DNA of 63,077 nt from an uncultured Christensenellaceae bacterium (GTDB lineage Bacteria > Bacillota > Clostridia > Christensenellales > DTU072): NCBI GenBank assembly GCA_964432485.1, contig CAYSNP010000004.1, positions 24,319 to 87,395 on the forward strand, given 5' to 3'. This document shows positions 41,345 through 51,009 of this stretch, one piece after another (position 1 is the stretch's first letter; each line of letters starts with the position of its first letter). Position numbers and translations under genes: made by a program. The notes beneath the pieces are model-generated. The model was given only the letters and a program-made list of their open reading frames with translations, was not told where the DNA came from and did not search any database.

Positions 41345-41382
41345 AAAGGCGCAAGCGAGACCCTCGCTTGCGCCTTTTTTTT
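41345..41382. terminator. Bidirectional intrinsic terminator
   Basis: AAAGGCGCAAGCGAG, ACC loop, CTCGCTTGCGCCTTT (15-bp perfect stem), T-run; between convergent genes. Confidence 0.9.
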
Positions 41383-43207
41383 AGTTATACGCTTTATGGT
41401 TAAAAGAGGAGACCATACGCTTTAGATACTCCAGCACTTTTTCTTTATCATTATTATGCGCGCACTCTATTAGTTTATCTAAATTGCCCTTAAACAATGC
41501 GGTATCGAAACTCTTTTGCGAGCCTATAAAGATTTTTTTGTTTGGCGTGGTAGCAAGCCCTTCGCTTTCCAGCAGTAGCTCCTCAAACAGCTTTTCTCCC
41601 GGCCGCAAGCCCGTTATTTCTATCTTAATATCCTTATTTGGCTCATAACCTGCCAGCTTAATCATTTTTTCTGCAAGGTCAAGGATTTTTATAGGCTCTC
41701 CCATATCCAATACAAAGACTTCGCAGCCCAGAGCTTGCGCTCCTGCTTGCAGCACCAGAGATGCCGCTTCTTTTATGGTCATAAAGTAGCGAACTATATT
41801 CTCATCAGTTACAGTAATTGGTCCTCCTGAGGCAATTTGTTTCTTAAATAAAGGGATTACCGAACCATTGCTGCCTAGCACATTGCCGAATCTAACAGAT
41901 GCAAATACTGTGCCGCCCTCCTCGCCAACCATTCGGATTACTTTTTCCGCTACACGCTTAGTTGCACCCATAATGTTGGTAGGGTGAACCGCTTTATCCG
42001 TAGAAATCAAAATAAACTTTTGCACCTTAAAACTTTGCGCCATTTGCGCAACAATCAGCGTGCCTTCCACATTGTTTTTAACAGCTTGCTCAGGAGTAAT
42101 TTCCATAAGAGGAACATGTTTGTGAGCGGCGGCATGAAAAACTAAGTCAGGTTGGTGAGTATTAAAGAACAACTTTAGCCTTGATTGGTCTGTAATAGAA
42201 AAAATCTCCACCACAAGGTTAAGCGCTTCTCCATATTTATGTATCAGCTCTTGCTGAATCTCATAAGCATTGTTTTCATAATTGTCTATTATCAGCAGCT
42301 TAGCAGGGGCATAAGTGGCAATTTGGCGGCATAGCTCGCTGCCTATAGAGCCTCCGCCGCCGGTTATTAGGCAGGTCTTATTATTAATTAGCGCTTTAAT
42401 ATCCTTATCGTCAAATTTAGCACTTTCTCTGCCTAATAAGTCCTCAATTTTTACGCTTTCTATTACATTGAAACTCTTTGCGCCGCTAAGAATATCGTTG
42501 ATATCAGGCAGTGTCTTTAGGTCACAGCCGCTCTTTAAGCAAATATTGAGGATGCGCCTTTTATTGTAATCGTCGCAATCGGGCATAGCAAAAATAATGC
42601 TTTTAATATTGTAATGTTGGCATATATCCAATATATCCTCGCTAGAGCCAAGTACAGGTATATCGTCTATTGTACGGCTGTGCATTTCGGACCTATCGTC
42701 TACAAAACCAATAGGGTTATAGCGGCTGTGGTAACCTTTTAGCTCTGCCAAAATGTTTTTTGCAGGCCATCCTGCGCCAATAATTAAGGTGGGGTTGGCA
42801 GGCTTGTAATATAGTTGCCTTGCGCTAGTTTTACCGGTATTATAAATTAATCTAATACTGATTAGTGTAAGGGTGGCAAGCGCAGCGGATATAATAAATA
42901 TCAATAGCTCGCCGGGCAAATCGAGTATTGTCATAGCAAGCATAGCAGAAATAAAGCCCGCCAGCGTACAGGCGGTCAGCAGCCGCAAGTAATCATGATA
43001 TACTGCATATCTCCAAACAGGCTTATAGATTCTAAAAACTTCAAAAGCGGCATAGTAGGTAAAGAGCAAAACAAGAGCGGCAAGGATAGTTTTGCCGCTT
43101 GAGATATTGGCAAGGTTGCCTTTATTTACAAGGAAAACTAAAAAAGTATAAACACCTAAAATAATAGCAGAATCAATAAGCCTTAGCAGCAGTTTTCTTT
43201 TGCTCAT
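41381..43207 (-). CDS. Nucleoside-diphosphate sugar 4,6-dehydratase (CapD/PglF/WbpM-type)
   Basis: N-terminal TM helices; IIGAG; ITGGGGSIGSEL, FHAAAHKHVP, STDKAV, MGATKR, VRFGNVLGS, GLRPGEKL. Confidence 0.93.
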   Translation of the reverse strand: MSKRKLLLRLIDSAIILGVYTFLVFLVNKGNLANISSGKTILAALVLLFTYYAAFEVFRIYKPVWRYAVYHDYLRLLTACTLAGFISAMLAMTILDLPGELLIFIISAALATLTLISIRLIYNTGKTSARQLYYKPANPTLIIGAGWPAKNILAELKGYHSRYNPIGFVDDRSEMHSRTIDDIPVLGSSEDILDICQHYNIKSIIFAMPDCDDYNKRRILNICLKSGCDLKTLPDINDILSGAKSFNVIESVKIEDLLGRESAKFDDKDIKALINNKTCLITGGGGSIGSELCRQIATYAPAKLLIIDNYENNAYEIQQELIHKYGEALNLVVEIFSITDQSRLKLFFNTHQPDLVFHAAAHKHVPLMEITPEQAVKNNVEGTLIVAQMAQSFKVQKFILISTDKAVHPTNIMGATKRVAEKVIRMVGEEGGTVFASVRFGNVLGSNGSVIPLFKKQIASGGPITVTDENIVRYFMTIKEAASLVLQAGAQALGCEVFVLDMGEPIKILDLAEKMIKLAGYEPNKDIKIEITGLRPGEKLFEELLLESEGLATTPNKKIFIGSQKSFDTALFKGNLDKLIECAHNNDKEKVLEYLKRMVSSFNHKAYN

Positions 43208-43265
43208 ATGTATATTTTGTACTTAAACTAACGAAAAAATCAGACAAAAAGAGCAAAATGGTATT

Positions 43266-43883
43266 TTATATCTTTTTAGCTTTTTTTAAAAAAGACCTAA
43301 ACAGCAAAACTGCAACAGCAAGGAAAGCAATAAGTAAAAAAGCAAATAAAATTACATCTAAATATGCTATAAAGAGCCAACATAACAAGGTCATAATTAG
43401 GGCGGAACATAAGTTGCCCAGTGCTATGGCAACAAGGGCGGGAGCAAACCTTAAGTTGAGCAGTACAGCAATGGCGCACCCTGACCAAACTCCTGTCATA
43501 GGCAACGGAATGGCTACAAACAGCATTAACGCAAGCAATTTATATCTTTCTACCTCTCTGTCTTTTGCCAGCTTCATTGATTGTGCATAAACGCTTTGTG
43601 CCTTTTTTGCAAAAAGGGCTTCCAATGCAGTTGCCAGCTTGCTTATTAATTTAATCTTTTTTAGAGCATTCAAGACGGGATAAAAGAATAACAATAGCAA
43701 AGGAATAATTAACATTGACCCTGTAAGCGAAAACAGCAAGGCATAAGCAGGACTCATACCTCCGGCAAAAGCTATAGGCACTGCGCCTCTGACTTCTATT
43801 ATAGGGATAGCGGAAATTATGCCCACTACAAGTGCATTGCTGCCTAGTAACCCTTGCAAATATATTACAATTGCTTTTGTCAT
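43266..43883 (-). CDS. Small multidrug export-like membrane protein (COG2426-type)
   Basis: IPIIEVRGAVP and FVAIPLPMTGVW motifs. Confidence 0.8.
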   Translation of the reverse strand: MTKAIVIYLQGLLGSNALVVGIISAIPIIEVRGAVPIAFAGGMSPAYALLFSLTGSMLIIPLLLLFFYPVLNALKKIKLISKLATALEALFAKKAQSVYAQSMKLAKDREVERYKLLALMLFVAIPLPMTGVWSGCAIAVLLNLRFAPALVAIALGNLCSALIMTLLCWLFIAYLDVILFAFLLIAFLAVAVLLFRSFLKKAKKI

Positions 43884-43886
43884 TGG

Positions 43887-44906
43887 CTATGGTGTCCTAA
43901 AGTTATACTCTGCCTTAAATACCTCTTTACTGCGGGCAATACATAAGCTGTTAGCGGGAACATCCTTAGTAACAGTGCTGCCTGCGGCAATAAAAGCTCC
44001 ATCTCCTATAGAAAGAGGCGCAACTAAATTGGCATTAGCTCCTATAAACACATTTTTACCCACTTGCACCCCTCTCTTTTGCTTTCCGTCATAGTTGCAA
44101 AACACTGCACCGCAGCCCACATTTGTGCCCGAGCCCACAAAGCTATCGCCTATATATGCCAAGTGCGCCGCTTTTACATTATCCGCAAGCGTAGAGTTTT
44201 TTATTTCTACATAATCGCCCACCCGGCAATTATCGCCTATATGAGTACCGCTTCTAAGGCAAGCAAAAGGACCGATTGTGCAATTCTTGCCTACAAAAGC
44301 ACCTACACAAAAGGAAGAGCGCACTTCGCTATTGTTATCAATGCTGGTATCGACTAAGTTGCTGTAAGGATAGACAGTTACCCCTTCGCCTATTATAGTC
44401 CTCCCTTGCAGCCAATTCATAGGATATACAACACTCCCTTTGCCAATGACCACAGAAGGTTCGATATAAGTAGTCTCCGCATCCATAATCAGCACATTGT
44501 TAGCTAGCCATTTTTGGCAGCTAGCATGCTTTAGATAGGAAAACATTTTTGCAATATCCGCCATAGAAGTTACTACAAGCGCTTTTTCTTCGGTAGCAGT
44601 TATATTATCTCCCAATGCCGATTGCATGTCAACAATAAACCCATTGCCAATAAAACATTTAGCAATATTATGTTTGCGCATCTGCTTGCATTTTTCCTTA
44701 ATAAACTCAATATCGCATAAAGGAGTGTCATTGTAAATTACCGCTATAAAACCGCTATAATTGTAATCTATCTCGCTTTCCGCCCCTATTATTTGAGCTT
44801 CTGCCAAGTTATACCTTGCATATTGTCCGACAGCCCTGCCCATTATTATAAGTTCCGCGCCTAAATAGTTTCTTTCAATTAAATATATCTTTAGTTCCTT
44901 CCCCAT
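43887..44906 (-). CDS. glmU: GlmU-like glucosamine-1-phosphate acetyltransferase with a shortened, degenerate uridylyltransferase domain
   Basis: LbH domain intact (IGPFACLR, VEIKNS, HLAYIGD, CNYDG, FIGAN, AGSTVT); no AAGxGTRM loop; only 339 aa. Confidence 0.8.
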   Translation of the reverse strand: MGKELKIYLIERNYLGAELIIMGRAVGQYARYNLAEAQIIGAESEIDYNYSGFIAVIYNDTPLCDIEFIKEKCKQMRKHNIAKCFIGNGFIVDMQSALGDNITATEEKALVVTSMADIAKMFSYLKHASCQKWLANNVLIMDAETTYIEPSVVIGKGSVVYPMNWLQGRTIIGEGVTVYPYSNLVDTSIDNNSEVRSSFCVGAFVGKNCTIGPFACLRSGTHIGDNCRVGDYVEIKNSTLADNVKAAHLAYIGDSFVGSGTNVGCGAVFCNYDGKQKRGVQVGKNVFIGANANLVAPLSIGDGAFIAAGSTVTKDVPANSLCIARSKEVFKAEYNFRTP

Positions 44907-46186
44907 ATTATCTCTCTTGTCTTGTTTGTAAGCCGGCAGCTTAATTGCGCTACAGCTTCCTCATCTTCGCCTTGTACCATAACCCTGACAATGGGCTCTG
45001 TTCCGCTTTTTCTAATTACTGCATTGACTCCTAAGCGCGCAAGCTCCTCTGTGCTTATAATCTCCTCTATTTTCAAATCTATGCTTGCATTTTTCGGCAA
45101 TTTTATTGAACTCAGCAATTGAGGACAGCTTGTAAATAACCTCTCTGTTTTAATTTTGCCCTCAATGTAAAGCTGGCTTAGCAGCAGCGCAATCAGCAGT
45201 CCGTCCCCTGTGTTTTGATAAAGGGTATTGACAATATGCCCTGATTGCTCTCCGCCTAAGGTATAACCTTCCTTTTTGATAAGTTCAAGTACATTTTTAT
45301 CGCCTACTGCCACCCTATGCAAGGTAATCCCTTTTTTGGCAAGCGCACGCTCCAGCCCCAAATTGCTCATTACCGTACCCACTACCCCGTTATGAGCAAG
45401 CGTGCCTTCATCGTGCATTTGCTGAGCCAATATTTCAAGGATATAATCGCCGTTTAAGGTTTTTCCGTCTACCCTGCATACCACTCTATCCCCGTCACCG
45501 TCAAAGGAAAACCCCAGCTTTATACCGTTGTTATCCATAAACTTTTCTAATGCCGCAGGATAAATTGCACCACAATCCTTATTAATATTATGTCCGGAAA
45601 TTTCCTCATTTATGATAAAAGCCTTGCACCCAAGTCTGGAAAATAAATCTCTTGCCACCACAGCGGTTGCCCCGTTAGCGGTATCCAAAGCAAGTGTCAA
45701 GCCTGCAAGGTTAGGCGCAATGACTTTGATTAGGTATCTAATATACTCTTCATTGGCAATTGATTCATATATAATAGTACCAGAATTGCCGAAAATAGAC
45801 GGGATTTGCTCAAGAGCTTGTTCAATTTTATCCTCCAAAGCAGAGTTGATTTTATATCCGTCTTTATCAAATATCTTTAGTCCGTTATCTTGAGGCGGAT
45901 TGTGTGATGCGCTTATCATAATCCCTGCATTTGCCCCGTGCACTCTGGTATAAAAAGCTAGTACAGGAGTTGGAGCTAGACCTAGTGATACAACATTCAC
46001 CCCAATTTTATTTAATACCTTTGCTAAAGCAGTTTCAATATCTTTGCCGCTGACTCTGGTATCTCGGGCAAGCACATATTCGCCTTGCCCAAAGACCTTA
46101 ACTATTGCCCCGGCAAACTTTTCCAGAAAATCAAGTGAAAAAAAATCGGCATTTTTCCTTATGCCATCCGTTCCGAAATACTTCAT
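44891..46186 (-). CDS. glmM: Phosphoglucosamine mutase
   Basis: YFGTDGIR, RDTRVSG, ISASHNP, DGDGDR, GGEQSGH, RKSGTEP. Confidence 0.92.
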   Translation of the reverse strand: MKYFGTDGIRKNADFFSLDFLEKFAGAIVKVFGQGEYVLARDTRVSGKDIETALAKVLNKIGVNVVSLGLAPTPVLAFYTRVHGANAGIMISASHNPPQDNGLKIFDKDGYKINSALEDKIEQALEQIPSIFGNSGTIIYESIANEEYIRYLIKVIAPNLAGLTLALDTANGATAVVARDLFSRLGCKAFIINEEISGHNINKDCGAIYPAALEKFMDNNGIKLGFSFDGDGDRVVCRVDGKTLNGDYILEILAQQMHDEGTLAHNGVVGTVMSNLGLERALAKKGITLHRVAVGDKNVLELIKKEGYTLGGEQSGHIVNTLYQNTGDGLLIALLLSQLYIEGKIKTERLFTSCPQLLSSIKLPKNASIDLKIEEIISTEELARLGVNAVIRKSGTEPIVRVMVQGEDEEAVAQLSCRLTNKTREIIWGRN

Positions 46187-46276
46187 AAAAATTCTCCCTA
46201 TATTATTTATATGTCAAATAGTGCATATTACTAGAATGCATTTAGGGGAGAACATAATTTTTTTTAATCCGTTTAT

Positions 46277-47647
46277 TTAATCGGCAAATCTATCTGATTT
46301 TATCAGTTTATTATTTCTATCCACCATAATAAATAGCATAGATACCACCAAAACAAAGGGCAAGGGAGTAAAGTAGCCTACATTGACCATAGAATAAGCG
46401 GCAAAGCCAAGTATAGCAAGCATGGCAAAAGCATTGAATTTGCTTTTGGCGGCAAGCAGCGCTTTAGCCCTGTAAAGAGCTTGAATAAGATATGCCACAA
46501 TCCCGACAAGACCCAAACTGCCTATAATTTGAAATAAGGTCGAATGATACCAATATATACACATAGCTTTAGGAAAGTAATACATTTGCGGATTGTAAGC
46601 CAGACCTGTGCCTACTATAGGGTGTTTTTTGAACAGTTCAAGTGCCAACTTGTACATTTTCATCCTGCTTTCGCCGCTGGAAATATGCAATTGTCTGGTG
46701 ATAGTTTCATAATGCGGCAGCAACAAGCCTATAAATGCGCCTATAAATATTAAAAAAGTAATAATTAGCTTTATTCTATGCCCTTTTGCATAATAAAGAC
46801 AAAATGCTATGCCTCCCACAAGCCCAATAGCAGAAAAAATCATTCCCCCACGAGATAGGGAAAGCACTAAAGAAAAATATTGCAAAATTGCCAAAATAAA
46901 TAAGAGCAACGGTCGCTTTGAGCGGCTGGCTAAATAAAAAGTAAAAGGCATTGTTAAAAGCAAGTTATTGGATAAGTTGTTGCCCCATTGAAAGTATGAA
47001 TTAAAACGCCCAAAGCTAGTTTCGATAAGCTCATAGTGGCGAATATAATTGCTTGCTATCATTATTATGCCCATAATACCTGCGCAAACCATAATTCTTG
47101 CAAAGAAATCAATTTGATTGCGGGTACAGCGGGCAGGCACTCCGCCTTCTAAAAAGGTATAAATAAACAGCATACCAAAGCCTAAGCCAATAGTGTAATA
47201 CATAACGGGCATACTAAAATACTCTTTGAAACTAAGAAACCCTACGCCCCCAATCGTAACTGCAATAGCTACCGCTAAAGTAGGGACAAAGTAGTACCCT
47301 TTTCTTAATTTGGTGGGAGTAAAAATAATGCGGGCAATTACAGCGGGTATAACAATAGCAAGGGAGTAGTATAAAGGATTAAAGTAATCTTTTTGATTGT
47401 AGCGAGCCAGCGGAGTCATGCCCACTATCATTACTGCAATAAAAAAGGGAGTAATATCTTTGCAAAAAGCAAATCCTGCAAATGCAAAAACTAATATGAT
47501 ATATATAGCAATAATTTCTTGACTGGCTACGAATCCCCATGCGCCGATAGCGGTAATAAAAAGCAGATAAAACCAAGAATGATAAAATTTATCCGCTATA
47601 TGATGCAGCTTTGCAAGTTTTTCTGATTGCGTAAACTTAGTTGCCAT
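46277..47647 (-). CDS. O-antigen ligase/polymerase-like (Wzy_C) membrane protein
   Basis: Multi-TM; SLSRGG, R...YKLA..LF..HPIVGTG, WYHSTLFQIIGSLG.VG. Confidence 0.75.
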   Translation of the reverse strand: MATKFTQSEKLAKLHHIADKFYHSWFYLLFITAIGAWGFVASQEIIAIYIILVFAFAGFAFCKDITPFFIAVMIVGMTPLARYNQKDYFNPLYYSLAIVIPAVIARIIFTPTKLRKGYYFVPTLAVAIAVTIGGVGFLSFKEYFSMPVMYYTIGLGFGMLFIYTFLEGGVPARCTRNQIDFFARIMVCAGIMGIIMIASNYIRHYELIETSFGRFNSYFQWGNNLSNNLLLTMPFTFYLASRSKRPLLLFILAILQYFSLVLSLSRGGMIFSAIGLVGGIAFCLYYAKGHRIKLIITFLIFIGAFIGLLLPHYETITRQLHISSGESRMKMYKLALELFKKHPIVGTGLAYNPQMYYFPKAMCIYWYHSTLFQIIGSLGLVGIVAYLIQALYRAKALLAAKSKFNAFAMLAILGFAAYSMVNVGYFTPLPFVLVVSMLFIMVDRNNKLIKSDRFAD

Positions 47648-47699
47648 AATACTAATTTCCTCTTAATATCCATTTTTATTAAACGCTAAGGAGATTTGT

Positions 47700-48269
47700 T
47701 TAACTTTTATGCAGTATGCCCTTATGATATTTATTATAAAGTTGCAGCTTATTATTAAGAATCTCTATCATTTCTTGCGCGCACATAGCAGGATAAACCA
47801 TATCATTTTCTATATTTTCATAGCGTTGACGGTAATCAATAGGAGAGCCCGCCAGCTTATTTGACCAACCTTTCACACCGGTAAAGCCAATTATCAGCCT
47901 GCCAAGCGCCCAAGCCATACTCATTTCGCTAAGGGTGCCTGTGCCGCCGCCAATAGCTACCACCGCAGAAGCATTGGCTACAATGACATTGCGGTAAATA
48001 TCAAGTCCTGTGGGTATCACAATATCAGCAAATTCATTAGCGGCCGAAGGGTCAAATCCGGGCAATATTGCAATAGTATCGCCCTCTTTATAGCAAGCGC
48101 TGCTCTTTGCTCCCTTAAACGCTGCTTCCATTATGCCGTCCAGTCCGCCGCTTTGCACACGGTAACCGTTATCTACCAGCGCTTTTCCTGTTTCAAATGC
48201 AAGTTGATATTTCTTTTCGTTACTCTTTATTCCAGCATCGCCAATTACGGCAATAATTCTTCTTCTCAC
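47700..48269 (-). CDS. LOG/SLOG-family protein (TIGR00725-like); GTG start
   Basis: IAVIG, SGGLDGIMEAA, ILPG, RNVIV, GGGTGTLSE. Confidence 0.8.
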   Translation of the reverse strand: MRRRIIAVIGDAGIKSNEKKYQLAFETGKALVDNGYRVQSGGLDGIMEAAFKGAKSSACYKEGDTIAILPGFDPSAANEFADIVIPTGLDIYRNVIVANASAVVAIGGGTGTLSEMSMAWALGRLIIGFTGVKGWSNKLAGSPIDYRQRYENIENDMVYPAMCAQEMIEILNNKLQLYNKYHKGILHKS

Positions 48270-48288
48270 AGTAGCTTCCTCTTGTAAA

Positions 48289-48864
48289 TTATAAATCTTT
48301 TCTATCTCTTAACGCTTTTTGCAAGGTTATCTCATCAGTATATTCAATTTCGCTGCCCATAGGAATACCATGCGCTATCCTGCTGACTTTAATTCCCAGC
48401 GGCTTGATTAAACCTGCAAGATAGGCAGAAGTCATTTCGCCGGAAATATCTGCATCCAGCGCAATAATTATCTCCTTTACCCCGTCCAGTCTGCTCAAGA
48501 GCTCCTTTAGCCTTATATCGTCTACGCTAACACCTTTTTGAAAATCTATTGTCCCGTGTAAACAATGGTATACCCCTTTATATTCGCCCATTTTTTCTAA
48601 GGCTATAATATCTCGAGGTGCTTTTACCACGCAAATTGTAGACTTGTCACGGTTAATGCATATTTCACAAAGGCTGTCCTCAGTATAATTGCCGCAAACC
48701 TTACATAGCCTAATATTATTCTTAACATCCAGCAAGGCTTTAGCAAAGGCCTCAACCCTATCTGCATCCGTTTCAATTATGCTGTAAGCATAGCGCATAG
48801 CGCTTTTATGACCTACTCCCGGCAGCCGCTTAAAGCATGCCGCAAGAGCTTCTAAGCTATCCAT
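48289..48864 (-). CDS. recR: Recombination mediator RecR
   Basis: LPGVG, Zn finger CKVCG...CEIC, GVYHCLHG, RIAHGIPMGSEIEYTD..TL..AL. Confidence 0.93.
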   Translation of the reverse strand: MDSLEALAACFKRLPGVGHKSAMRYAYSIIETDADRVEAFAKALLDVKNNIRLCKVCGNYTEDSLCEICINRDKSTICVVKAPRDIIALEKMGEYKGVYHCLHGTIDFQKGVSVDDIRLKELLSRLDGVKEIIIALDADISGEMTSAYLAGLIKPLGIKVSRIAHGIPMGSEIEYTDEITLQKALRDRKDL

Positions 48865-48870
48865 TTTCAA

Positions 48871-49218
48871 TTAAAACAGCCCACCCATATTGCCTAGCCC
48901 AGCAAGCGGTCCCATAATGCGCTCGCTTTCTTCCTCTGCCATTTTCATAGCCTCATTAATACCTGCTACAATCATATCCTCAAGCATTTCTACATCTTCA
49001 GGGTCAACAGCGGCAGGATTGATTTTGATAGAACTAAGTTGTTTATCGCAACTCATAACAACTTCGATCATACCGCCGCCGCTGGTAGCTATAACTTCAG
49101 TATCGGCTATTTCCTCTTGCGCTTCTTTTAGCTGCTGCTGCATTTTTTGCGCTTGACGCATTAAATCTTGCATATTGCCGCCACCGCCGCCCATACCGGG
49201 GAATCTGCCTTTTGCCAT
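48871..49218 (-). CDS. ybaB: YbaB/EbfC nucleoid-associated protein
   Basis: MQDLMRQAQKMQ, SGGGMI, DPEDVEMLEDMI; dnaX-ybaB-recR synteny. Confidence 0.92.
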   Translation of the reverse strand: MAKGRFPGMGGGGGNMQDLMRQAQKMQQQLKEAQEEIADTEVIATSGGGMIEVVMSCDKQLSSIKINPAAVDPEDVEMLEDMIVAGINEAMKMAEEESERIMGPLAGLGNMGGLF

Positions 49219-49272
49219 TTTTCACCTCGCTCGTTATATTTATTATATGTTAAGAGCGTATCTATTGCCCTT

Positions 49273-50973
49273 TTAGTATCTTTTTTTATTTTTAATATGC
49301 AGCTCGTTAGGAAAGAGCTCCTTGAGCTTGCCCATTAGCTCTTTACCGTTTTCATAAATAGTTTGTCCTTTTTCCACGCATTCAAATTGCAAATCCGCTA
49401 TTTCTTTTAGCGCGGTATTAAGAATGCTTATATTTGCCTTTTCAGATAAGTATAGGTATCGTGCTCTGTTATCAGTCCTAATAATCAGTTTGCCCGCTTC
49501 GATTATTACATCGTCCTCATTTGCAAGCGCCATCCTTAGCGCACCCATTGGGTCATCTTTTGCAAGCTTGACCACCAGAGCGGCAAGCATATCTCTGGCT
49601 TTGCCCGCCCCTAGCGGCTCATTGGAAAATAGGGCTTTTGCCGCCTTATCGTCTAACGCTGTTTCAGTAAGCAAATCCAGACTTGCTATATTTTCTTGTA
49701 CATTTTCTTGTGCTTTTTCTTTTTTATAAGTTTCTGCAATATTGGGCTTTTGGGTATCCGAACCTTTATCTTTGGTAGTCACGATAGGGGTTTTATCCTC
49801 TTGCAAAGAAGGACTTACTACTTTGCCTTTAAGCATTTTTTCTATTGCAGCAATACGGTTTGCTATTGCATAAGCATCAAAGGCGCTGCCCAGCTCACTG
49901 GCTTGTATCAGTGCCGCTTCTAAAAGGATTTGCGGCTGAAGCGAATACCTAAGGTCGCCTTCCAGTCCGCCTATTATATCCATTGCTCTGCCTATGCGCA
50001 GGTTATCGTGCAACGCACCAAGAGCTTTCATATTTGCAGCTTCTTGCACGGAGGCATAGCCGCCAAGATTATAGTCAGGGATATTTTTAGCCCTCATTAG
50101 CTGACTAAAGTATTCTGCCAGGTCTTTAGCAAGATTAATTGCGCTAACCCCTTTTCTATTGCATTCATCTGCCAGCCTAAGTACTACCCCTGTATTGCTT
50201 TCCAGTATTGCTGCGGCAAAAGTGTGCAACACATTTTTTTCCGTAGAGCCCAGCAGAAATAGCAGCTCTTGATACGAAATGCCTTTGCCGCCATAGCTTG
50301 CCGCCATATCCGCAATGCTAAGCGCATCACGCACGCTTCCTTCACCGTGCATTGCAATTAAATCTATCCCTTTTTCCTCACAAACAAAGCCAATTTCACT
50401 ATAAATGTCTTTAATAAGAGAGGCTATTTTATCTTTGGCAATAAGGCGAAAGTCAAAACGCATACAGCGTGAAAGTATTGTGGCAGGCAGTTTTTGCACT
50501 TCTGTTGTAGCAAGTACAAAGATAATATGCTCGGGAGGCTCTTCCAAAGTTTTCAAAAAAGCGTTAAAAGCGGAAGGCGAAAGCATATGCACTTCATCAA
50601 TTATATATACTTTGTATTTACCTATTGAGGGCTTAAATTTAACGCTATCGTTTAATTCTCTTATTTCGTCCACACCGTTATTGCTTGCCGCATCAATTTC
50701 AATTACATCAAGATTGTCCGCACTTTGCATAGCCTTGCAAATATAGCAAGTGCCGCAAGGCGAACCTTTTTGAGGATTCTCACAATTTACTGCCCTGGCA
50801 AAGATTTTTGCTACACTGGTCTTGCCCGTGCCCCGTACACCGGTAAATAAATAGGCGTGGCTTATCTTACCTGACGCAATTTGATTAGTTAGCGTCTTAA
50901 TAATATGGTCTTGGCCAATGACTTTGTCAAAATTGTCAGGGCGAAAACGCCTATATAAAGATACATAGCTCAT
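49273..50973 (-). CDS. dnaX: DNA polymerase III subunit gamma/tau
   Basis: LYRRFRP, GVRGTGKT, EIDAASN, IIDEVHML, FLKTLEEPP, TILSRC. Confidence 0.97.
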   Translation of the reverse strand: MSYVSLYRRFRPDNFDKVIGQDHIIKTLTNQIASGKISHAYLFTGVRGTGKTSVAKIFARAVNCENPQKGSPCGTCYICKAMQSADNLDVIEIDAASNNGVDEIRELNDSVKFKPSIGKYKVYIIDEVHMLSPSAFNAFLKTLEEPPEHIIFVLATTEVQKLPATILSRCMRFDFRLIAKDKIASLIKDIYSEIGFVCEEKGIDLIAMHGEGSVRDALSIADMAASYGGKGISYQELLFLLGSTEKNVLHTFAAAILESNTGVVLRLADECNRKGVSAINLAKDLAEYFSQLMRAKNIPDYNLGGYASVQEAANMKALGALHDNLRIGRAMDIIGGLEGDLRYSLQPQILLEAALIQASELGSAFDAYAIANRIAAIEKMLKGKVVSPSLQEDKTPIVTTKDKGSDTQKPNIAETYKKEKAQENVQENIASLDLLTETALDDKAAKALFSNEPLGAGKARDMLAALVVKLAKDDPMGALRMALANEDDVIIEAGKLIIRTDNRARYLYLSEKANISILNTALKEIADLQFECVEKGQTIYENGKELMGKLKELFPNELHIKNKKRY

Positions 50974-50980
50974 AATCTTA

Positions 50981-51009
50981 ATTATAAACTAAAAAGTTGT
51001 AAAAATCAA
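50981..51009 (-). promoter_or_regulatory. sigma-A promoter of dnaX, probably giving a leaderless mRNA
   Basis: Minus strand TTGATT, 17 nt, TATAAT; ATG 7 nt later; no SD. Confidence 0.7.

Noticed and set aside
49719-49728. E. coli-type dnaX -1 frameshift site (AAAAAAG near codon 417)
   Set aside because: The phase is AAA-AAA-G, not A-AAA-AAG. The run is only 6 A, too short for Thermus-type transcriptional slippage, and I saw no clear downstream hairpin.
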